Of a stretch of DNA of 64,000 nt, positions 1 to 10,735 are shown in pieces; the stretch's first letter is position 1; each line of letters starts with the position of its first letter. The notes below the pieces were generated by a model. It made no database searches and was not told the origin of the DNA. It worked only from the letters and a program-made list of their open reading frames with translations. This DNA is from Eledone cirrhosa (lineage: Eukaryota). The DNA lies in contig OZ024743.1 of the NCBI GenBank assembly GCA_964016885.1, positions 271,436,001 through 271,500,000 on the forward strand. The letters run 5' to 3'. The position numbers and the translations under genes were made by a program.

Positions 1-2278
1 CACTTGCTGCTACTTATTGCACCAGAGCACCGGCCACATGTGAAATCTATGTTCTTAGTTAGCTTACCTGTGATCCCACTACATCTTTTATGCACCCATA
101 CTTTGCATTTCTGACACAAAATGGAGTTTCTACCTACGCCTTTCCTACACACTGAGCATGACCATTTCCCGGAAGGGACCGCCGCCTTATTTTCTTTCCT
201 ACAAACTAGAACTTTGGTCTTAGCCAGATTAATTTTAAGGCCTTTTGATTCTAGGCCGTGCTTCCATGTTTGGAATTTCTTCTCTAGCTCGGCCATTGAT
301 TCAGCTATGAGTGTTAGCTCGTCTGCGTATAGGAGTTCCCATGGGCAGCCGGTCTTGAACTCCTCTGTTATAGCCTGAAGGGCAATAATAAATAGTAGGG
401 GGCTGAGAACAGAGCCCTGATGGACGCCAACTTTTACGCTAAACTCTTCACTATATTCGTTGTTAATTTTAACCTTGCTGACTGTTTCTATACATGGCTT
501 GTATAGCTCTCACAAGCCATTCGTCGACACCTAGTTTTCTAAGGGCCCACCAGATAATGGAACGGGGGACTCTGTCGAAGGCTTTCTCCAAGTCGACAAA
601 AGCTAAGTAAAGGGGTTTACTTTTAGCTAGGTACTTCTCCTGTAGTTGTCGTACAATGAAAAGAGCGTCTGTCGTACTTTTGCCTGACACAAACCTGAAC
701 TGCATTTCATCTAGGACAATTCTCTCTCTGATTAGTTGCGCTATTACTTTTTCCGTGACCTTCATGACCTGGTCGATTAATTTAATGCCTCTATAGTTAC
801 TCCTATCTAGGGCATCTCCTTTACCCTTATAACAGTTAACGATGATGCTGCTATGCCAGTCCTTCGGAACAACCCCATTCTGTACGACTTGGTTAACTAT
901 CTGGGTGACCATGGTGTGTCCCACCGTGCCAGAGGCCTTCAGCATCTCAGCAACTATTTCCGAAGGTCCAGCCGCCTTACCCGTCTTCATATCCTTGATT
1001 GCCTTACTTATTATACTACCCTCGACTAACACTGCTGGTCCCTCTATTGGGTCGATGTGGGGGAGACTGTCTTTCTCCCATTTATTCTCCTCATTTAGTA
1101 GCCTTTCATAGTGACACTTCCAAGCTACCTTCTTATCAGCATCGGTGATGGCAAGTACGCCGTCATCATTAAGTACACACTTCTCCCTGACAATATCACG
1201 GTTTTCCTTGACACATTGCCTAGCAATCCTGAACACCACACGTTTTTGGTCCTCGCGTTGTAGAACATGCTTGAACTTTCTTTCCTCTGCTTCCCTTCTT
1301 GCGAAGTACACTTGTCTCCTAGCTTCCCTCCTGGCCACTTGATAGTCTTCTCTACTTCCCCCATCCCGCCATACTTTCCAAGCCTGCTTTTTGGCCTTAA
1401 TTGACCCCTCCACCTTACTGTACCACCACCATGTTACTCTCCTCCTGCCTACAGGCCTGCTCCAGCCACAGACTTCGTCTGCTGCCATCAGCAGGTTTGC
1501 CTTCAGGAATTCCCACTGTCCCTCTATATTGTCCGACTCTAAATGCTCTTCCTTACTGTCGAAAGCATCAAGTAATATGCTTTGGAATTTATTTCTGGCT
1601 GTGGGGTCCTTTAGCTTCCATATTTTTCTCCTGAGGATAGTCCTCTTCTGCTGTCTAGTACGTCTCGTCCTGACTATGAGGTCGCTAATTATCAGTCTAT
1701 GTTGGGAAGTGCATTCTTCATGGAGGAGGGATTTAGTGTTTACAACAGACACTCTGTCGCGTCTTCTGGTAAGGATATAATCTACCTGGCTTATGTGTTC
1801 CCCGGATCTATAGGTGATCAGGTGATTGTCACGTTTTTTGAAGTTAGTGTTACAGATAGTTAGGTTATTTGCGTCACAGAATTCCAGGATTCTGGAGCCT
1901 TCCTCATTTTTAGTACCAAACCCATAGCCTCCATGGATTTCGTTGTAGCCGTCACAATGTTGTCCAACGTGACCATTTAGGTCGCCTGCAATAATTATAT
2001 AGTCACTGTCGGTTATTTGGGAGGTAGTGAGCATCAGTGTCTCATAGAATCTGTCTTTTATAGTGCCGGGCAGTCCGGATTGGGGTGCGTACGCAGATAT
2101 TACTGTCACCGTAGTTCTATTGAGGACAAGTCTTATTTTAATTATTCTGTCGTTCACTCTATTTACGTCTATTATCTTATTTGCCCACTTTTCTGCTACC
2201 ATGATTCCTACTCCACCCAGCCCATCGTCATTTCCCACCCAGAAAAGCTTATAGCATCGTTTTTTACCCTCAATTGTC
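1..2278 (-). mobile_element. RTE-clade LINE, 5'-truncated (partial APE endonuclease + RT), frameshifted near 480, continues past the window start
   Basis: ORF 469-2313(-) has APE motifs (ISAYAPQ, AGDLNGHVG, SQVDYIL, SQHRL) and RT motifs (NYRGIKL, FVDLEKAFDRV). After a frameshift the reading continues KINNEYSEEFSVKVGVHQGSVLSPLLF...LLYADELTL, so the catalytic YADD reads YADE here. Confidence 0.93.
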
Positions 2279-2948
2279 AAGAAGGCCGAGGGTGTCTTGG
2301 CATCACTCAGCAAGACCTTTGTCAGCCGCTCTCCAGCTATCTATTTAAAGCTGTATATAGCTATGATGCGGCCCCACTTAGAATTTGCATCACCAGTCTG
2401 GAACCCCTATCTTGCTCACAACATTGACCTTCTGGAAACTGTTCAGAGACGTGCAGCCAAGCGAATACCCTCCATCAGGCATCTACCATACTCTGAACAC
2501 ATTGCTTCCCTGGGCATGGCTACATTGAAGCTCCAACGTCTGGCAACTGACTTGGTAAACACCCACAAAATTATTAACCATCTTGCCAACAACAACCCTG
2601 AGAACCTTTTTGATTTCCCTGTGTCTAACACACGTGGACATGCCCACAAAGTCAGAAAACAGCACAGCTCCCATGACTTTCGGAAACATTTTTTCACACT
2701 CAGACTTGCTGAAGCATGGAACAAACTACCTCCCTCAGTTATAAGCTGTCGAGACACTGCATCCTTTAAAACCTCCATGCTTCCTGAGATTCACCAACAC
2801 TACACCTAATATTTCCCCTCCATACATGTATATCATGACTCATTCACTATTGACTTCCCTGACATTTGTATATTATTGTATGTACTATACATGCACCTTT
2901 GACGAGTTGTAGTGCACCTGAGTACAGTACACAATAATTTCATTATTA
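2272..2948 (+). mobile_element. CR1-type LINE 3' fragment (ORF2 C-terminus + 3' UTR)
   Basis: IVKKAEGVLASLSKTF...RPHLEFASPVWNP...VQRRAAKRIP...TRGH...FFTLRLAEAWNKLP is the typical CR1-group ORF2 tail. Stop at 2809, then a short UTR ending in ATT repeats. Confidence 0.85.
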
Positions 2949-3149
2949 GGTGGATTGGCAGTATCGGTAGAGAGTCGGACACCATGCTTTGAAGCATAGA
3001 GTTACGTCCCTTTATGATCTGAGTTCAAATCCCGCCGAGGTTAACTTTACCTTTCATTTTTACGGGGTCGATAAAATAAAGTACCAGTAATGTACTGGGT
3101 AATTGCTGGCTTTGTGCCAAAAATAGAAACAATTATTATTATTATTATT
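2949..3149 (+). mobile_element. tRNA-derived SINE, full-length copy
   Basis: A-box-like TGGCAGTATCGG and B-box GAGTTCAAATCC, (ATT)n tail. Similar copies at 16850, 23587, 23973 and 30527. Confidence 0.85.
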
Positions 3150-3151
3150 TT

Positions 3152-4626
3152 AATTAACAATGAATATAGTGAAGAATTTAGCATAAAAGTTGGTGTTCAT
3201 CAAGGCTCTGTCCTTAGCCTATTTATTATTGCCCTTCAGGCTATAACAGAGGAGTTTAAGACCGGTTGCCTATGGGAACTTCTATATGCAGATGATCTAA
3301 CTCTCATAGCTGAATCTATGGCTGAACTAGAGAAGAAATTCCAAACATAGAATCAAAAGGCCTTAAAGTTAACTTGTTTAAGACTAAAGTTCTAGTATGT
3401 AGAAAGGAAAACAGGCACAGGTTCCCTCTGCGAAATGGCCATGCTCAGTGTGTAAGAAAGGAGTTGGTAGAAATGCCATTTTATGTCCCAAATGCAAACT
3501 ATGGGTACATAAAAGATGTAGTGAGATCACAGGTAAACTATCTAAGAACGTAGATTTTATATGTGGCTGATGCTCAGGTGCAATAAGTAGCAAGTGCCCA
3601 CAGGATACTAGCTCCTTGTATTGCCCAGATGGTTCTATAGAAATCATGGACACTTTCCGTTACCTGGGTGACGAAATCAGCAGTGGTGGAGGGTGCTCTG
3701 AAAGTACAGTAGCTAGAGTCAGAATGAGATGGAAAAAGTTCAGCGAGCTTATACCGCTGTTGGCCACAAAAAGGTTTCTCTCTAAAAATGAAAGGCAGAT
3801 TGTATGATGTTTGTATACAAACAGCAATGTTACATGGCAGTGAGACATGGACATTGTGTGCAGAGGACCTGCGCTGAGTGGAAAGGAACAAAGCATGCAT
3901 GCTCCGTTGGGTGTGTAATAGTAATATACGCGAACGGCTAAACATAAATTAACTAAGTGAGAAATTAGGAATAAAAGGGGTCAGATGCTGTTTACTTGAG
4001 AGAAGACTATGTTGGTATGGTCACGTGATGCGCATGAAAGACGACAGCTGTATAAAAAAGTGCAGGGCAATCAAAATTGATGAAAGTTACGGAGTAGGTA
4101 GACCCAGAAAAACCTGGGACGACATGATAAAGTCCGACCTTACACACTTGCACCTCTCTAAGACAATGTCACTGGACCGAGATCTTTGGCGTTACGTAGT
4201 AATACAGAAGACCCGCCTTGCCTAATGTACAAAGCGAAACCTACAGTCAATAGGCACCTCTTAACCAAATATACACCCCAACCTACACCCCTTCTCCATC
4301 CTCCCACTTCCACCAACACCACCCTTTCTCTGTAAAGTTATGTTGGTACCACAACATCCAGTCCAAACTTATGAGGTCGTGTAGGTGTCACAACAAAAAA
4401 ACACACAGTCCACACTGTAATGTGGCCGTGTAGATAACACGGTAAAAACCTCCCAGTCCACACTGTAAATATGGTTGGTGTTAGGAAGGGCATCCAGCCG
4501 TAGAAAACCTGCCAGATAGTCCTATATGAGCGAGACATGGTCACCTGACTAATCTTGCCTCAAGTGGGACAATTCCCGTCTAACCCATGCTAGTGTGGAA
4601 GATAGACGTTAAACGATGATGATGAT
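3152..4626 (+). mobile_element. RTE LINE 3' part, same family as 1-2278 but opposite strand, decayed
   Basis: INNEYSEEFSIKVGVHQGSVL...LLYADDL...FRYLGDEIS...GRPRKTWDD...DRDLWR with stops and frameshifts. The 3' UTR contains GGAAGGGCATCCAGCCGTAGAAA and ends GACGTTAAAC(GAT)n. Confidence 0.9.
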
Positions 4627-4638
4627 TATATATATATA

Positions 4639-5405
4639 CTAGCAGAATGGCCCGGCGTTGCTCGGGATTTGCTATAGGGTTCTTATATATTTGATATATA
4701 TTTATCCTTATCGAACCTCGTGAAATAAATACGTTTGTTTATATTTTGTTATTGTGTATGCAAAAATATCTGTCCATAAATATATAATTATATATATATA
4801 TATATTAAAATAACAGACTAAAGTTTAAGCAAAGAATCACTGCTTTCACCCTTAACGGGATATTCTACCTAAAAGCAGTATGTAGTACACTAAGACTAAT
4901 TGATGTAATCTTTGGCCTTGTTTGTTTATATTTTGTTTTTGTGTATGCAAAAATATCTGTACACGAATATCTATATTAAAATAACATATTAATGTTTAAG
5001 CAAAGAATCGCTGCTTTCAACCTTAACGGGATCTTCTGAAACTAAAAAAATCAATCTGGAAAACAGGAAGACGATACTTTGGTTCGTGAAGACGTTCTCT
5101 GGCATAAGAATATACACACACACACACACTGATCGCGTCATAATGACGTAATGCAGACAGTCAGGCATACAGACAGATATTATGAAGGCGCGACGTCATA
5201 TCTATGTATCTATCTAAAAAGAGAAAGACTAAGAGAAAGAGAAAGAGATCGCTAAATCGTCCAATGCGGTCCCTAGAGCATTGAAAATTTGAAATTTATT
5301 TTGCCCAAAACACTTCCGGGGTCATACGAGTTACATGTACAAAGTTTGAAAAAAACCGGTTGGGTACTTCTCGAGTTTTAGGGAAACAGACACACAGACA
5401 TCCTT

Positions 5406-5477
<72 letters not shown>

Positions 5478-5480
5478 AGA
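4639..5480 (-). mobile_element. Non-autonomous Helitron-like element
   Basis: On the minus strand it ends CCCGAGCAACGCCGGG (hairpin, 4651-4666)-CCATTCTG-CTAG|T, the canonical Helitron 3' end. It has an internal ~190-bp duplication (4733-4860 vs 4920-5030) and GACA repeats. The 5' end is uncertain because it merges with (TA)n. Confidence 0.7.
5410..5475. repeat. (TA)n microsatellite
   Basis: Uninterrupted TA run of about 65 bp. Confidence 0.95.
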
Positions 5481-5769
5481 CCTACCAGTTCAGAGAAACA
5501 ACTGTCAGCAATGAGATTAAAAACCTTTTTTTGTATAGCAAACCGTGTCACTCTTCTTTCCTGATTTATTTATATATATATATATATATATCTGCTATGT
5601 ATTGAGTACCTTACTTACTGTGGTTACCTCCGATTCAACCCGGAATAACGTATATATATATATATATATAAGCAGGGCTGGTTTTTGCCAGCTTGGTATC
5701 AAAAGGATTAAAACAAACAGTTTGATATTACAGGCAGGTTTGTTTCAAATGAGTTAAAAGTGTCTGCTC

Positions 5770-5991
5770 TTACCAGAGAGTCCAAGATTTGCCTCCATTG
5801 CAGTTCTTTTTCACATCTAGTTGTTTACCTATTTGGGACAGATCTGTGAAAATTGGCTGATAAGTCACCATTTTATCACCAGCAGCATCTGATTTTAGTT
5901 GGTTATTTAGATAGAAATTAACATATTTCTTTAGCAGCAGCCAGCTTATCTCTTCAAAGTCACTGATAGAGTCACAGACTAAATGATCAAA
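5770..5991 (-). CDS. Probable downstream (possibly terminal) exon of the polycystin-family gene
   Basis: Strong acceptor TTTTCCACTTCTTTTTCATGTCATTTCAG| followed by an open phase-0 frame FDHLVCDSISDFEEISWLLLKKY..., matching the phase-0 donor at 24521. It ends at TAA (5770) or at an overlapping GTAAGA donor. No recognisable homology, so this rests on splice signals. Confidence 0.55.
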   Translation of the reverse strand, partial: FDHLVCDSISDFEEISWLLLKKYVNFYLNNQLKSDAAGDKMVTYQPIFTDLSQIGKQLDVKKNCNGGKSWTLW

Positions 5992-6126
5992 CTGAAATGA
6001 CATGAAAAAGAAGTGGAAAAGTATCCCAATAAGATTAAGGGAAGATAATGAATTTTCTGGTTGACAATTGGTACTGTTTTACAAGTGGTACTGCCAATTA
6101 ATGTGGTATATATATATATATATATC

Positions 6127-7752
6127 ACAGGGAGGAAGAGAAGGTATTCGAGTCAGATCCGAGGATAGGAAGAGGAAATGGCTAGACCATTTCAGGACCC
6201 TACTAGGAGAGCCACCCTCCACAGCCCAAAGCACTGGGGAGATCAGGCGGCTGTTTGAGGAACTGGATATTGAGACAGAGCCCTTCATCAGAGAGGAGCT
6301 TCAGAGAGACAAGAAGAGGATCAAGGAGGGCAAGGCTCATGGAGAAGATGGAGTGGCATCAGAGGTGATGAAGTGTGTGATTTTGATATCATCCTGGGGT
6401 TCAGTAACCAGGCACTGGAGAAAGGAGTTGCCCCGAATCAGTGGAGGATCAGTAACATCGTCCCAGTGCCAAAGAAAGGAGATCTCTCTAACACCAACAA
6501 CTACAGGGGGATCTCACTGACGTCACTTGTGGCAAAGACCCTCAACAGGATGATTCTTAACAGGATCCAGCCTGAGATGAAGAAGAAGCTCAGGGACAAC
6601 CAGAACGGCTTCAGAGAGGGAAGACCAACCACCAGTCACATCCTGATGCTGAGGAGGATATTAGAGGGAACTAGAGCAAAGTGCCTTTCTGCAGTCATGG
6701 TTTTCATTGACCATCGCTGCCTGATGAAGATCTTACAGGCTTATGGAATCCCCAAGAAGATAGTGGACCTGATATCACTGCTCTACACCACCAAAGCCCA
6801 AGTCATTACACCTGATGGGATGACAGAGTTCTTTGAGATACTGGCTGGAGTGCTCCAGGGAGATACATTGGCTCCCTACCTTTTTATCATCGTAGTGGAC
6901 TATTGTATGCGCCTTGCACTGGAGAAACTCTGGCTTTACTGTAGCACCGGCTCAGAGCAGGAGAGTTAAGGTGAAAAAGGTATCAGATGCTGAATTTGCC
7001 GACGACATAGTTTTGGTGACAAATACAGTGAAGGAGGCAGAGGATTTGATGCAGGAGGTTGAGACTGTGTCGATGAGTGTAGGGCTGAGAATGAATGAGA
7101 CTAAAACAAAATATCTGGTAGAGAATGTTGAGAAGCCAGAGGGGATCACTAATGTAGGCAGGAAGCCACTAGAATTGGTTGAGGACTTCCTGTATTTGGG
7201 AGCAAAGATTGGGAATATGGAAGATGATGTGGTTGAGAGGAAGAGCAAAGTCTGGGCGGCTGCCACAGCTTGAGATCGGTGTGGAAGTCGAACCTTCGTA
7301 AAGACCTGAAAATCCGCCTCTTCATTGCTGTAGTGGAGTCTGTGCTGCTGTACGGGTCTGAGACTTGGACACTGACCAAGAAACTCACTCAGATGGTGGA
7401 TGGGTGCTACACGAGAATGCTGAAGATGACTCTGAACATTAATCAGTATACACTGAGGATGAAAAACTCAGAAGTGTATGGGAGCCTCCCAAAAGTCAGC
7501 TCAAAAGTGACACAGAGGAGACTGAGGTTAGCTGGACATGCTCACCGACATCCAGAGTTGACATTGCACTCAGTGCTCCTGTGGGAGCCCCTACATGGAC
7601 ACACTGGAAGAGGAAGACCAAGGTTAACGTATGTTGATGCCCTAAGGACAGACACTGGTCTGTTGGAGACGCAGGACATGGCAGCGATAATGAGGGACAG
7701 AGACCTCTGGAGAGAACGCGTCCATGGATCACGGGAATTTTACCCGCCCTAG
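6127..7752 (+). mobile_element. RTE-clade LINE (second family), 5'-truncated RT region, inserted in (TA)n
   Basis: Frameshifted ORFs give IVPVPKKGDLSNTNNYRGISL, QNGFREGR, GVLQGDTLAPYLF, EFADDI, DFLYLG, VLLYGSETW, GRGRPRLTY, DRDLWR. TA repeats flank both ends. Confidence 0.9.
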
Positions 7753-7774
7753 ATATATATATGTATATCAAATG

Positions 7775-10645
7775 CGGTTCCTCCTGTTTAGCTGCTATTT
7801 CTAGCACACCTATCGAACACCATGAGGTTTCCCCTGTTTAGCTGATGTAGCTATTTCTAGCACTCCTATGGACCACCAAGAAATTTTCCCCCTATTCAGA
7901 TGATCTTTCTAGCACACGTATGGACCACAATGAAGTTCCCTTATTTAGCTGCTATTTCAGGCACACCTACGAACCACAATGTGATTTTCTTATTTAGCTG
8001 CTATGTCTACCAAGCCTATGGACAACCATGAGGTTCCCCTATTTAGCTGTTATTTCTAGTTCACCTGTAGACCAACATGAGGTTCCCCTGATTTAGTTGC
8101 TATTTCTAACACACCTATGCAACACCATGAGGTTCCCCTTAATTAGCTTCTGTTTCTAGGAAACAGCATGAGGTTCCCCCTGTTTAACTGATGAAGCTGC
8201 TATACTAGCACACCTATGGATCACCATAAAGTCCCCTTATTTAGCAACTATATCTAGCACACCTATGGACCACTATGAGGTATGAGGTTCTCCCTATTTA
8301 GCTGTTATTTCTAAAACTCATATGGCCCATTATGAGGAAACCTCTATTTTTCTGCTATTTCTAACATCCCTGTGGATTACCATGTGGTTCCTCCTATTTA
8401 GCTACTATTTCTAGCACACCTATAGACCACCATGAGGTTCCCCCTGTTTAGCTTATGTAGCTGTCATTTCTAGCACATCTATGAGCCACCATGATGTTCC
8501 CCTTATTTAGATGCTATTTCTAGCACACCTATGGACTGCCATGAGGTTCCAACTGTTTAGCTGTTGTAGCTGCAATTTCTAGTAGACCTATGGATCACCA
8601 TAAAGTTACCCCTTTTTAGCTACTATTTCAAGCACACCATAAGGATCCCCTATTTAGATGCTATTTCTAGCACACATATGGACCACCATGAGTTCCTCTA
8701 TTTAGCTGCTATTTCTAGTAAACGTATGGACCACAAAGAGTTTCGCGCTATTTGGCTGCAATTTCTAGCACACTTATAAACCACCATGAGGTTTTCCCCT
8801 ATTTAGCTGCTATTTCTAGCCCACCTATTGATCACCACGAGATTCCCTCTATTTGCCTGCTATTTCTAACACACCTACGGACCTCCATGAGATTCCCCTA
8901 TTTAGCTGCTATTTCTAGCAAACATATATGGACCACCATGAGGTTCCACCTGTTTAGCTGGACCACCATGCGGTTCCCCTATTTAGCTGCTATTTCTAGC
9001 ACAAATATGAACCATTATGAGGATCTCCCTATTTAGCCTAAGTAGATGTTATTTCTAGCACACCTATAAACCATCACGATGTTCCTCCTATTTAGATGCT
9101 ATTTCTAGCATGCCTATGGATAACCATCAGGTTCCCCTTTTAGCTGTCGTAGATTGTATTTCTAGAAAACCTATAGACCTCAATGAAGTTCCTTCTATTT
9201 AGCAGCTATTTTTAGCAGACCTACGGACCACCACGAGGTTTCCACCTTTAGCTGCTATTTCTAACACATCTATGGACCATTATAAGGTTCCCCCTCTTTA
9301 GCTGCTATTTCTAGCACACCTATGGACCATTATAAGGTTCCACCGATTTAGCTGCTATTTCTAGCACATCTATGGACCACTATAAAGTTCACCTATTTAG
9401 CTGCTATTTCTAGCAAACCTATGGATCACCATGAGGTTCCCCCTATTTAGCTGCTATTTCTAGAACACTTATGGATCACCATAATATTTACCTTATTTAG
9501 CATCAATTTCTAGCACACATTTTGACCACCATGAGGTTCCCTATGTTTATCTGGACAACCACGAGGTTCCCACTATTTAACTGCTATTTCTTGTACATCT
9601 ATGGACCACAATGATGTTCTAGATGTTTAGCTGATGTAGCTGCTATTTCTAGTATACATATGGATCACCACAAAGTCCCTCCTATTTAGCTGCTATTTTT
9701 AGCACACGTGTGGACGACTATTAGGTTCTGCATATTTAGCTGCTATTTCTAGCACACATTTGGACCACTAAAAGGTTCATCCCTTTTAGCTGCTATTTCT
9801 AGCAGACTTTGTTCTACTATGAGGTTCCACCATGTTAGCTGCTTTTACTAGCACACCCATGGACAACCATGTGGTTCACCCTATTTAGCAACTGTATCTA
9901 GAACTCATATGGTCGTTTATGAGGGTCCCACTTTTTAGCTTCTATTTCTAGCACACTTTTGGACCACCATAATGATCCCCCTGTTTAGCTGATTTTATTT
10001 GATTTAGCTGTTATTTCTATAACACATATGGGCCACCACAAGATTCCTTCTATTTAGCTGATATTTCTAGCTCACCTATGAACCACCGTGAGGTTCCCCC
10101 TATTTAGAAGCTATTTCTAGCACACGTATGTACCACCATGAAGTTCCCCCTATTTAGCTGATGTAACTGCTATTTCTAGCACACCTATGAACAATTATGA
10201 GGTTCCTCCTGTTTAGCTGTTGTAGCTGCTATTTCAAGCAGACCTATTGGCCAGTTTGAGTTCCCCCTATTTAGCTATTTTTCTTGCACACCTATAGACC
10301 ACCATGAGATTTCTTCTATTTAGCTGCTATTTCTAGAACACCTATGGACCACCATAAAGTTACCTTTATTTCGCTGCTATTTTTAGCATACCAATAGACC
10401 GCTATCAAGTTCCCCCTATTTAGCTGCTATTTCTAGCACACCTATGAATCACCATGAGTTTCCCTGACTTTAGCTGATGTAGCTGCTATTTCTAGCCCAT
10501 CTACGGAACACCATAACGTTACCTCTGTTTAGCTGATGTAGCTGCTATTACTAGCGCACTAATGGACAACCATAAGGTACACCATATTTAGCTGCTGTTT
10601 CTAGCACAATTATGGATCATCACGAGGTTCCCCTTATTCAGCTGC
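7775..10645 (+). repeat. Degenerate ~49-50-bp minisatellite, arm 1
   Basis: Consensus TTTAGCTGCTATTTCTAGCACACCTATGGACCACCATGAGGTTCCCCTA. Some units carry a 9-bp GATGTAGCT insertion. Confidence 0.95.
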
Positions 10646-10735
10646 AAACATGAAACAACTCTCTTTCACGTAGACACTGTTACCAATCATTTCCATATAA
10701 ACTTCTTACAGCTTATAAACAACCTCTTTGGATTT

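Noticed and set aside
469-2313. Intact active RTE ORF or host gene
   Set aside because: It is 5'-truncated by CR1 sequence, frameshifted near 480, and the catalytic motif reads YADE.
2949-3050. tRNA gene
   Set aside because: A and B boxes are present, but the cloverleaf is not intact and the sequence continues into a repeated SINE body with an (ATT)n tail.
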